The notes under the pieces are model-generated. The model was not told the origin of the DNA. It made no database searches and saw only the letters and a program-made list of their open reading frames with translations. DNA of 64,000 nt, from positions 4,154,001-4,218,000 of the forward strand of contig OZ176054.1 of NCBI GenBank assembly GCA_964247055.1, written 5' to 3'. The position numbers and the translations under genes were made by a program. The DNA comes from Paragordius varius. Lineage: Eukaryota; Animalia; Nematomorpha. Position 1 is the first letter of the stretch; each line of letters begins with the position of its first letter. Positions 1 through 11,314 of the stretch are shown one piece after another.

Positions 1-340
1 CCGCTATCTGCAAGCAAAGATGCATTAGCTTTAAAGTTTTTAGTAAATTTTCCAAGAATACTGCGTCTGTATACTCGGCTGTCATTCCGAGAGAATTTAT
101 ATCTAAGCTAGTGATATATTCATTTGCATCGCAGGTTACCTGTACATTGATAGAATACCTTTGTTTCCTATTTATGTACTCTTCACTATATTTCCTTTTG
201 GTTTGTTAATATAAAAGTGGGTGCAGTCTATGCCCACTATACCAGGCATCTTGTATAAATTTGCTTATATATAGAATCAATTTTATCGCCATTCTCGCAG
301 CTATCAAGAATAGCTGCTGGTATTCAGTATACCTCTACAT
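1..340 (-). mobile_element. PIF/Harbinger transposase pseudogene fragment, copy 1 (truncated by window edge)
   Basis: Bases 1-250 closely match 1203-1460 (CCGCTATCTGCAAGCAAAGAT...). The minus-strand translation gives DDE_Tnp_4-like pieces (TCDANEYIT, LADSG) interrupted by stops and frameshifts. Boundaries approximate. Confidence 0.75.
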
Positions 341-859
341 TGTCAGATTTAGAGGTGCGATTTGGATGATAGTGCTATTATATAAAATGAAGATGATCAA
401 GATATTAATCCCAAGTACCAGTCAGACATAAAAGAAACACGAAGTCAATTTACGGATGGTATATTGAAATTAAATTTAAGATAATTGCAAAGGAATCAAG
501 TCAAAACGCAAAAACATCCTTAGACATATGAGGATGAATCAACGATTTTTCGATCTAATGAAAATTGTAAAAAATGCTTACGTTGAGAGATTTTATTATC
601 TTAACTATCCAATATATTAAATTTAAATAATAAATAGCTTAATATTTAATTTATGCATTTTGTCTGATTATAAATTAATAGTTGATTATATATATAAAAA
701 TCTTTATTTAAAATTTTTGTGGCTTGCATAAGATAAGAAATGTCAATTGTTTAAAAATTAAATATATACAAGTTTCCAAATGGCCTTATACATCATAAAA
801 AAATGTAAAAATTGTTGTAATAGTTTTAAGAGGTCATTATCAATCATCGTGCGTAAGAT

Positions 860-1560
860 TTTATTTGGCCCTTTTTATTCCTATTCTTTTAGATCTTAAA
901 TGCTCTTCTCCATTAGACAAACACTAATCTTCATCTCATGAACCGGTCTTAAGATCAGATTCATATATTTCTATTTTATCATTTCAATGCTTTGATATGT
1001 TGTATAAAATAGCACAAGATAATATCACTTTGGTTAATTTTGAAAGAGAAAGAATTTTATTACCAAGTATGGGAAATCTTTTCTCAATTTGGCCGAATAT
1101 GCGTTCAATCTACTTTTTGAGTGAATTATATTAAACTTCTTATTTTCACATACACCAGTGGGAATTCTAAATGGTGTTAAAAGCCAGGGGGATATTGCAT
1201 AGCCGCTATCTGCAAGCAAAGATACATTAACTTTAAAGTTTTTGGTTAGCTTTCCAAGCTACTCCATCTAAATATCCTGCTGTCATGCATACCGCACGAT
1301 TTTATATCCAGGCAAGTTATATATTCATTGGCATCGCAGGTCTAGACGTTTATAGAGAATACCTTTGTTTTCTTTTTATATACTCCTCACCAAATTGTCC
1401 TTTTGGTTTGTTTATATAAAAGTAAGTGCAGTTAATGGCTTCAACTATTTCAGGCATTTATATCTCTTTTGCCATATGCTTTTTGCTTGATAAATTTCTT
1501 GCATATTGCTAGGAAATTTGATCCATTCATGTGGGCTTTTGTCACAATTATATTGGATAC
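860..1560 (-). mobile_element. PIF/Harbinger transposase pseudogene fragment, copy 2
   Basis: ORF 1034-1219 MLADSGYAISPWLLTPFR...FNIIHSKSR is the typical Harbinger catalytic C-terminal region. Upstream pieces resemble the GAIDCTHI..KP..EY.NRK motif and a downstream piece reads SCAILYNI. Multiple stops and frameshifts. Confidence 0.8.
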
Positions 1561-4500
1561 TTCATCAATAATTTTGCAAACAGTTGTACGGTGCACCCCA
1601 AAAACTAGCCCAATAGTAATTTGATACCATGGATCTGCGAATTTTAAAAAAAATTCTAATTTTTGTCGCGGACTCAGGGCTCCCCCTTTTCTAATCAGGG
1701 AAAAGGTATTTTGTCAAATTTATTTTTTGATTATTAAATCGTCGAATTTGTTTCATTTCAGATATATTAATTCTTTGCGTGTTTTATATTTTTTGTTTCT
1801 AATCAAAGTTCGTGGCGATTCGAACATTTAAAGAATTTCTAAATTTCCACACTGCAGTCCAAATATGCTAGAAAAATCTAAAATATCAGACATAAAAATT
1901 ACTATAACTTTTGCGAGTAAAAAAATTTAAAACTTGAATTTTTATAGTCTATTGAATCTAATAAAAATATTATGATTTCAAAACCGTATTAGCTCTAACT
2001 GCCTTGTTTGATCCTCTACATTCAAATATGTAGGGTTTCCTTAAATAAATTTTTTATTCACTTGATAACAAGTGTTTCCTAAAAAAACTAATATTAATTT
2101 TTTAGGGTTTCCTTAGTTTTTTTCACTCCAAATTAAGGAATCCCTTAAAAAAAGCTCAGGAAACAGTGTTTCCTAATTTTTATTCACTCCATCCTATGTT
2201 AACTCTCCTAGACCATACAACTTAACCAAAGGGAACAATTGGGCAAAAAAATTATACAAAGCCCGTAGGATAATATTTTATGCTTAAGATGTTAGCATCT
2301 GAAAAGTTTTTTATAAAAAAGGTGATAAGAAATTGTCAGGACTCTTTTCTTTCCCTCAACATCCCATAGAACCAAGTGGTTTTTGATCCTTTTAACAGTG
2401 TTAAGACTGTTTACAGGCTTGGTGGGCTAGGGAAAGGGGAAAAATATTTAAATATTTTTTAACCTGTTAAATTCCCACTGAGTGACCAATATGTACTCGA
2501 TTTAAAAACAGTCAATTTAACTGAATAAAATTTGGTTTTTGTTATATTTTTAAGGGGCAATAAGCCTAGGTCGATTAACATTGGTAATAACCAAATATAA
2601 TTTCGGCTATTAATATTAATCTTCGGTTAATAAACATCTTTGTATGCAAAAGCGAACTATAACAGTAAAACATTCCATAACTTTTGGAGTTAAATATTGG
2701 GAAGAGTACATTTATTGGTCTTCAGATTAGAAAATTTTTCTATGATGAACTATTTAGGTTTATAAATGATGCGAAATATTTTATGGGTTTGGCAAGACAT
2801 TTTCCCTCAATACCCGTTTGTAGAAAAATATGGCTCGATTTCCGCATCCTAAATTTCATTTAATATATAGTTATAATAATATTAAATAGATTCTCTAAAT
2901 ATATCTTTAATGATGAAATCTTATTTTTTAATTTTATTTTTGGATCATTTTGAGATTAAAATAGCCTAATAAATTTAGTGAAAACGATTATTAAAAAGGG
3001 ATACTTATTTTAAAATCAAATAGGTGCAAGAAGATTAATATGAGCTTTTTAGTTATTAAAACCTATTATAAGAGCAGTTCTCTGTCTAATACCTGTCGTA
3101 GGATTACTAAAATGGTTTTATATGGAGTTCGCATGATTAACGTCCTATCATTCAGATTACTTACAAAATATCTTATTATCATAGCGATGAACAAAGAGTT
3201 ATTCGAATGGAGATTGCTTACTTTGGAATTTTGGACATGGGAATCAATGTTGGACAATTAGATAAAACCATATTTAGCACTCGATTAATGGTATCCCCCA
3301 TCAACCATAAGAAAAGACTGATGATTCTCTGCACCACAAACATTTTTTGTTAATTAGTTTAATTTTTAAAATTAACATTATATTTTATATAGCTCATTTT
3401 ATAAATATTGTCTATCATATATTGAATATAAATTAAGTATAAATGATTTATACAATTTTGTTGTGGTAATTCAATTTTCGGATTTTTTTAGGAGGTAATT
3501 ATATGGTTATGGTTTGATACAATCCGTCACATTGTATCTTCAGAATTAATGGATTTAAACGATCATTTTCCAGAAGTTGAATATTAAATAAAATATTTAT
3601 CGGACTAATAAGAATAAATGATCCCATACATTTAAATAACAGGTTGCGACATACTAATTTATTAATTATCGTCGACTATTTATGAATTATCTGAGAGCCC
3701 CACTGTATTTAAAAGTACCGATATAACATAGGGTGTAACCTTAACCATCGGTTAATTTAAAAATTGGGCTATGATTTTTGCTTTATGGATAAATTCGAAA
3801 CCACTAATTACTCTATAAGGACACATAACTTGGGCTAAAACTAACTTTAAAGCCTTGTTTTATTTATATGATAGCATTTTTTAGAAAGTGGGGGTTTCTA
3901 ACTACTCAATTATTAAGCGCTGGGCTAAATTATTGTTATATTGGGAATATTTATAACAACTATTGTTTTGGTATAATCCCATAACTTGAGTGTGTGTTGC
4001 ATGAAAAAAATTGATTACAAAATATGTCATTTTCCGCGGGGAGCGGCTAAATATCAAGCTTAGAGTGGATTGCGCCATGTTAAGCTAATATACAAAACAT
4101 TGAATATAAATGGATCCACATGTTTTCCGGAAAATTGTCTGAAAAACGCGATTTTTAAAGACCTTTTTATATTTTAAAGATATTTCCACACGGGAAGGGG
4201 CTTAGGGGGGTTTAAAAACAGTGCTTAAGTCAGCGCATTTAGAATTGATTCATATCAGATGTAAATTGACCCATGCGGTTTCCAGATCTCAAAGCCAAAT
4301 ATTCTACATTTAATGCTAGCTGTTTGCTGTTTCGCCGCTGTAACATAATCGAAATGATATATATTGATAAGTAATAAAATGCTGGCTAGAAATTGGGCCC
4401 AATAAATGATTATGTGACAGATGAGAATAAAAATGTTTTATCATCACTCTGCCTATTTTTCGTTCGTCCAAATAATTTAGTACCATTATACTAATACGTT

Positions 4501-4739
4501 TACTATTAAATCTAATGTTACGTATGCCACATGTTTCATTTAACATACGATTTAAAAACGACTATATTCGACGCATTTATGAATATAAATTTCTTGATGA
4601 ATGGGCTCACCTATGAGTTTAGGAACGTAAAAGTGCATTTAGCATTGCCTTCATAGGGGAGATACCAAAAACCATTTTTTATAAAGATTCATAACTTGGT
4701 CGAAAAAGAGCTTCAAGTCCACTTATTTTTACATGTTGG

Positions 4740-4900
4740 CGTATTATAGAGAAGGTGCAGCCCTACCGTGTTGCTTAGACAAAAGCGCTAATATAAAATT
4801 ATTTTATATTGCAAATAACTGAAACCGTTATTATCTATATGGTCTCATAGGTTTTTTGAAAAATGGGTTCAAAGCCTTGTTATTTTTATTTGGTGGCGTT
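4740..4900. repeat. Dispersed repeat (degenerate DNA-transposon/MITE fragment), similar to 50745-50910
   Basis: Shares the motifs ...CTACCG..GC..A...AAAAGCGCTAA, ATATGGTCTCA, TTCAAAGCC and TGGTGGCGTT in the same order as 50745-50910. Confidence 0.55.
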
Positions 4901-5962
4901 AGCACAGAGGGTGGATCTCTAATCGGTGATATAGAAAGCGCTGAACTGATATATTTGCCTTTATTCAAAAAGCACTAAAGCTATATGATTTACACAAACA
5001 TATATATCCGAAAAGTTAAAATCACATTATTTTTATATTGCGCATTTAATATATACCGGTACTCAGTCCACGAGTTGAGTTAATTTAATATGCTTAATAG
5101 ATAAAACATGATTCTTTTCATATGGTGTCGTAGCTCAATTGAAAATTAGCTTCACAGCAACCCTTCTTTAGGATGCCGTATTTAATCTGGAGCCTCATCC
5201 AACGGGTACTAAAAAAGCCCGGGTTAAATTTATTGCCTTGTTTTTAAAAATCGCGTTGATATATATTTTGTTTGTCTCCTGTTTTAAAATGGGCCTACGC
5301 GTTTCCGAAAGTTGTTTCAAAGCCAACTGTTTTATATAGATAATTTTAATGACAATATTGTTGTGCTTTTAACAACCAAAATATTATTAAAATAAATATT
5401 AGGCTTAATATCAAATAAAATCGTTGTTATTTTGTTTCATTATTATTATAATTAAAATTCGAATTTATAAAATTAAGCAATTGTTCAATTTATTTAAAGC
5501 ATAAATTTTCGATTGATACAAGTAATCTTTGTCGAATGTAAAAATTAAAATGTAACAATATTTTAAATTACAAATAAAACTAGTACCATTTATTGGTTGG
5601 AAAAATTCAATGAGTGTGAAGAGCCGTTTTTATAACACATGACAGTTTGTCTATAACATAATGTCTTATGCACAATTTAAAAAATATTAAGTTAAAAATG
5701 TTTCAAAAATTAAGATAAATACAAAAATGATAATTGTATTTGAGTTAAGGTGCCAATAGCAGTTTAAATAGCTTATAAAACTGGGCTTCTAAGATATTAT
5801 ACATAGAATTCCCTATATATCGTCAAAATTGATTCATAAGAATTTAATTAATAAATGATCCTTTCTTCTAATCATAGCGACTCATGAAGTTAATTATTTA
5901 CCCGAAAAAAGAAGGATACGAACATTGTATATTAATTAAAAAATATTTTCAATGCTCTAAAA

Positions 5963-8483
5963 CAGGGGTGTCCAACAACCTTTTCGACCTCAAACAAAGA
6001 TCCACTTTTTATTTATATATATCAAGACATTGGTAACAATAAATTTATTATATTAACATATAGATGTGCTAATTTTCATATCAAAAAGAAAATAAACAGT
6101 ATTAATATAATAATGCTTTGCTAATTAAATAATATCAATGTGTAAAAAAAGATAAAAATACATGGATATGGTAAACTTATTGCAATTCGATAGTATGATT
6201 AGAGTAGACTGTGGCGAATTTAATCGCCAAAATGTAACCTTTTTTTATCTAATAAAAATAAAAGAAATAAATATTTTTCATTGCATAATTAAATTTTTAC
6301 TGGGATATTTGTTTTGTAATTTTTTTGCTTAATTTATTCAGATCTATATCAATATTTGATACAGCCCATCTCAATTCATTTTCCAACTTTTCATCTGTTA
6401 ATAAAGAACGTGAAAGAGATTTTGTGTATTTCATTTTAGAAAAAAAACTTTCACAAAGATAAGTGGACCAAAAGCACAAATTAATCTTTGTGCAATTAGG
6501 AAATTTATCAAACGTTACATATTTTTTATAAAATTCAATTTTATTTGTTTTCCCAAATAATAATTTTAATTCATTATTGGATTGCAATAGTAATTCCATT
6601 TGTAAAGGAGCGTTGATAGCTTCAACAATAAATCAAATATTTTTTCAAATTTTGTCATATCCCCGTATCGATTATTAAAAGCTTTTGATAATATGTTAAT
6701 TTGATCTGCATATTTAAAATCGTTAGTTATACCAGCTCTAAATCTATTCAATTCTGGAAAATGTTGAGCATTATTTTTTTTAAATGGCATTCAAATAACG
6801 TCAATTTTTGACAAAACGCTTTAATATGGTTATTCGCATCAACAATTAAATTATCTTGCTTTTGCAAGGATTCATTTTATTGATTTAGTTTTTCGGTAAT
6901 ATCTACGGAAAAGCATAAATCTGACAACCAATCATCATTGGTTAATTCCTCTACCAAATAATTATTCTACAATAGAAAAATATTTATTTCTTTTAATAAA
7001 TAATAAAACCTTTTTAGACATTTCCTTCTACTAAGCCACCTTACATTTGAAAAAAATATAAGATCTCCATATTCTGAATGAATTTCTTTTAATAACTCCT
7101 TAAACTCCCTATGCTTCAAAGCACGAGATTTTATAAAATTAACTACATTTATAACAACGGTCATAACATTGTCCATTGTCAGAGCATGTGCGCAATATTT
7201 TCACGGTGAATCATGCAATGTATAATATATATATGGTCAATATTAATACCATCGGATTCCATCTTATTTACAATAATTTCACGGTTCCCTTGTTTTTTTC
7301 CCATCATAGCTGGGGCACCATCTGTTGTCAAACAGATAGCGCCCTCATATTTAATTTATTGTCCCCAATACATTTCAAAATTGCATGGAACATATAATCT
7401 CCCTTAGTTCTATTTTTTATCGGAAGTAAGCCTAACATATCTTCTGTTATGTTAAAAAATTCATCTATCCTTCGAATAAAGACTACCAATTGTGATATGT
7501 TGCTTATATCTGTGCTTTCATCAAATGACAAGGAAAACGCCACAAAATTTTGAATTCTTTCTTTAAAGGAAAGTTGAATTTCTTCTGCAATGTCTGTAAT
7601 TCGTCGACACATAAATTTAACTTTATTAGGCAAAACACATTTTATAATTTCCAGTAGGCATTCCTTCACAAACTCACCATCAGAAAAATACTTAATTTTT
7701 TTGACGATTAAATTGGCAACAATATAACTTGCCTTTACTATCCGGATAAGGTTGCGTGAATGAAATTGTTGGTTGGAGATTATTAATATTTTTTAAAGAT
7801 TCTAATTTTATTATTTTCATTTCTGTAGTCATATTAATAAAATCCAAATGCATGGTATTGGCGTGTCTTTATAATTTATATTCGCGAAACCCGTTTGTCG
7901 TAAATTTTCAAATAAGGCACTCCGCTTTATTGAAAATTTGAGTAAACCCATATTTCAATTCCCAGTCGGGATTGTATTTTCTAGTTTTTTTAGATTTATG
8001 CATATTGAAAGCTAAATAAATTATTTAAATACCTATTTTTTTAGTAATTTAATGTTCAATGGACCCAAATTATAATTCTATTGGTATGAAAGCTAAATAA
8101 ATTATTTTAAATACCTACCTTTTGCAAGTATTTCAATGTTTCAATAGATCCCAAATTATAATTCCCAGTATTGGTATGAAAGCTAAATAAATTATTTTAA
8201 CTACCTATTTTTTTGCAAGTAATTTAATGTTTCAATTTAATGTGAAAGTTATCACTTGAAGTTGGAAATAACATGAAGGAAAAAATGTGTTTTATAAATG
8301 ATTAAATGAATGCGATGATAGATATAAATAATAAAGAATATTAAAAGTTTCTTAAAATAATTTAAAAGTCAAAATAAAAACGCATAATTTACATAAAATT
8401 TTTTAAAAAAATAGAAATTATTTTTTTTTCAAAATTTTCAATGAGCCACTAGTAGCTCGCGAGTACCTTGTTGGACACCCCTG
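5963..8483 (-). mobile_element. Full-span hAT (Buster/Charlie, GTF2IRD2-like) DNA transposon with a disrupted transposase
   Basis: Perfect 14-bp TIRs (CAGGGGTGTCCAAC at 5963; GTTGGACACCCCTG ending 8483) and a perfect 8-bp TSD CTCTAAAA on both sides. Minus-strand ORF pieces carry FSLSFDESTDISNISQL, VVNFIKSRALKHREF, VRWLSR and FWSTYLCESFFSKMK. Stops and frameshifts break the ORF. Confidence 0.95.
8006..8240. repeat. About 85-bp tandem repeat, three copies, in the subterminal region of the hAT element
   Basis: TGAAAGCTAAATAAATTATTT(T)AA.TACCTA...AGTA.TT.AATGTT(T)CAAT recurs three times between the transposase start region and the TIR. Confidence 0.85.
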
Positions 8484-8637
8484 CTCTAAAATGTAACCAA
8501 ATATTGCTGTCAAGCTTTTTTGTCATCTAAAAAAAGGTCAATTGTACCGTACTTTAAAATTTTTCAAATTACCTCAATTACTAAAAAGGGTAGACCCATA
8601 TTCTTTGGATAAAAAAAATCTAATATACAATCTAGAT

Positions 8638-8726
8638 CAGTGGTACTCAAACCGCGGCCCTAAAAGTGCCTTTTTTATGGCCCTAAATTTTTTTATAACT
8701 TTTTTTAAAAACTTATTTTGAGTGTA

Positions 8727-8763
<37 letters not shown>

Positions 8764-9547
8764 ACATAGATACATAGCTGTTGTCAGGGGTCCCTTGGCA
8801 TCCCGTCGTGACGGGGTTTAGGTGTTTGATCATTGCATTGAAAGATTTTTTGTTTAACCAGTCCCCAGCTTTTGTTTTTGGCCTGTAGGTCATAGGTAAT
8901 GTTTTTGTCCCATGTTATTGCTGTACGACCCACTCTGTTTTGTTTGTTTGGCTTAAAGTTTGTTATATTTTTTATCCAATTATCGTTGTCTAATCTTTGA
9001 ATGTGACCGTCGCAGCCGAGTCTAAGGATTCGGATATATTTTGAGATTGATAGGATTTGTTTATCATGAGAGATTGTTCGGTTAAATGTATTTATCATTC
9101 TTTGTTCCATATTATCCAGCATATTTTCCTGTGTTTTATTTATTTGCCATGTTTCGCAAGCATATGTTATAGTAGGCCTAACGCCAATCAGGTATATTTT
9201 GTTTTTGAAGATATATGTTTGTTGGTGATTATGTGTTTATATTGGTTGTATCTACCACAACCAATTCTTATGCGATTTTTAATGGCTTCAGATGAACCTC
9301 CTTAAGCGGAAATGATATCACCAAGGTAGGTAAACTTTTCTACTTTTTCAATGTAGCTGTCACCAATTTTAAGGTAGGATACAGCTTCTATGGGTGTAAT
9401 GTATTGTTTGGATACAGTACATAGGGGGCAAATGTAATGTGTATATATATATTTGGCAAACAGCTAGGAAATGTGTAATTTGGTTTAGGTTCCTTGAAAC
9501 AAATAAACATTTTTGTAGCCTATTATAATTTTTGTTGAGTATCACTG
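8638..9547. mobile_element. Non-autonomous hAT (Buster-type) element containing an RTE insertion
   Basis: Left end CAGTGGTACTCAAACCGCGGCCC at 8638, preceded by ATCTAGAT (nnnTAnnn). Right end TTGAGTATCACTG at 9547. The right flank ATCATATC only partly matches the left TSD. Confidence 0.65.
8725..9480 (-). mobile_element. 3' fragment of an RTE-clade non-LTR retrotransposon with a (TA)n tail
   Basis: Minus-strand translation: IEKVEKFTYLGDII..GGSSEAIKNRIRIG..RPTITYACETW..RLGCDGHIQRLD..RVGRTAITWDKNI. The stop codon is followed by a TA microsatellite at about 8725-8770. Confidence 0.85.
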
Positions 9548-9901
9548 ATCATATCGGTAATTTTATGATATATACAGTTACAGCTTTTTTGTTTTAAAGG
9601 GTAAGCACTGAAGTTGTATCAGAACTTGTGAAAGCCTTGTGACTCGCCTGCCTAGGGTTGACAGTGATGAAGGGAAAATTGCAGTTTCGGTTAAATTCTG
9701 CACATACACACACACACACACACGAATAATGTAAGGGTCGGCACCCTCTACTAGAACATAAGGCCTTCGGTGATATTATGAAAAAGACTCATTATATTTT
9801 AACCAGTTATTTATGTTAAGTGCCATATATATTGTTCAAAACCATAAATATTATCAAAATTTATTTTTTTTAAGAACAAATAACCCAAAGCTAATAAAAA
9901 C

Positions 9902-10483
9902 TTAATCTTTCCATCTTGAATTTTCATAATCCCATCTAGCGGCAGGTCCATTAAATGGATGTTGTCCTGATTCTATCATCTTTTTCAGAATCAGAGCCTG
10001 ATACTCTGGCGTATAAGTGGACGGAACTTCACTAAATACTATTAATTTATATTATAAAGTAAACCATATCGGCTTGTCCAAATAAATAACCAAGTGGACA
10101 CAACAACACCCAAAAGTGTTGTAGCCAAATAGTTTTTCCAATATGGTATATAGGCATTCATTTCACTATAAGTTTGTCGAAAACTGTGACGGTATACTAA
10201 AAAATAAATATATTATGATAACAAGTTCGTTTTTCTTCAAGCGAAAGATTTTTCCAACTACCAATTTCTTTTTCACGCAGTTTCATTATGTCAGGAGTAT
10301 TGGCACGAAATCTTACCCCAGGACAGGGTGTTAATGGTATATCTTGATAAATTATGAAAAAATACCGAAATATGATGGTTCCCCATTGATTCCAAAACCA
10401 ACTATGTCACGATTCTTTACTAAAGCATTGCCATACATATATGCATTAAAAATGCGGCTGGCAGAATGAGGTTTCAACATCAT
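9902..10483 (-). CDS. COX4: Cytochrome c oxidase subunit 4 (nuclear-encoded, protostome-type); 4 exons; absent from the ORF track as a coherent protein
   Basis: Spliced through GT-AG introns 10343-10365 (23 nt), 10197-10222 (26 nt) and 10039-10064 (26 nt): (M)MLKPHSASRIFNAYMYGNALVKNRDIVGFGINGEPSYFDIPLTPCPGVRFRANTPDIMKLREKEIGSWKNLSLEEKRTLYRHSFRQTYSEMNAYIPYWKNYLATTLLGVVVSTWLFIWTSRYVFSEVPSTYTPEYQALILKKMIESGQHPFNGPAARWDYENSRWKD*. It has the COX4 W..LS..EK..LYR.SF motif, one TM helix and the terminal WDY...W. Start at 10483 or 10480. Confidence 0.93.
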
Positions 10484-10495
10484 ATTGGAAAATGA

Positions 10496-11236
10496 ATGTG
10501 TAAAATGAGATCATTTATAAGACGGTTCTTCATACAATCTGTAGATACCCCAAATCCCAATAGTCTAAAATTTTTAACCGGGAAAAAGCTTAATATTGAA
10601 GGGATTCATGAATATAAATCTGAAAATTCTGCATCAAACGCACCATTAGCCAGGTACTAATTTAATTATTTAGAAAATTGTTGCAAATAAACGGTGTTAA
10701 AAGTGTTCTTATTAGTCCGGACTTTCTGACCGTAACAAAGGTATTTACGGAATTATTTTTTAGAGTGATGAAGAAAATGAATGGACAACGTTAAAACCCC
10801 TAATTATAGAAATCTTATCTAATTTTCTAAACACCGATCAACCTCTCATTATAGAAAATAAAGAAAAAAGCCCTGAACACAGTGATGACTCTGATACAGT
10901 TCAGATGATAAAAGAAATTCTTGATTCCAGGATTAGGCCCACGGTTCAAGAAGATGGGGGTGACATCACTTTTATAGTTTAATGTGCCCATATATAATGT
11001 TATAGTCTTACATAGATGGTATTGTTAAATTAAAAATGCAAGGTGCTTGCGATAATTGTCCCAGCTCCACTGTTACATTAAAACATGGGATAGAAAATAT
11101 GTTGAAATATTACATCCCCGAGATTAAAAGTGTTGAACAGGTTAAAAATATGTATTAAAATTGTTAGGCAGAAGATTATTTGGATATTATTAACAAGAAT
11201 GCAGTTGAGAAATTGGAAAAAAAGATAAATGATTGA
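10496..11236 (+). CDS. NFU1: Mitochondrial Fe-S scaffold NFU1; 5 exons
   Basis: N-terminal [15 protein letters not shown], central [20 protein letters not shown] and CxxC motif [23 protein letters not shown]. Introns of 20 (10654-10673), 23, 29 and 27 nt, all GT-AG. Start at ATG 10496 or 10505; TGA at 11234-11236. Confidence 0.95.
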
Positions 11237-11314
11237 TGGTGTGTTATAATAAATAGCACATTTATTTCTTTATTTGATAAATATACAAAAGCAACATTAA
11301 TAGCATAAATTTAT
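11237..11314. terminator. Shared 78-bp 3' interval with opposing polyadenylation signals of NFU1 and LIS1
   Basis: AATAAA at 11248-11253 on +. TTTATT (AATAAA on -) at 11261-11266, 11269-11274 and 11310-11315. Confidence 0.6.

Noticed and set aside
3020-3330. Coding-like stretch with a hydrophobic peptide (LLKPIIRAVLCLIPVVGLLKW) and overlapping ORFs
   Set aside because: No consistent spliced model or recognisable motif could be built, and stops occur in all frames; probably a decayed transposon or pseudogene. A tBLASTx search would settle it.
5124-5210. tRNA-like start GGTGTCGTAGCTCAATTG (A-box-like)
   Set aside because: No B box or TTCGA loop, anticodon arm or acceptor-stem partner follows; at most a SINE remnant.
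8006-8240. Possible CRISPR-like repeat-spacer array
   Set aside because: Eukaryotic context; the units are whole diverged tandem copies without unique spacers.
9600-9790. GC-richer segment ending in a (CA)n run, possible SINE or structured RNA
   Set aside because: No pol III boxes, second copy or convincing fold found in the window.
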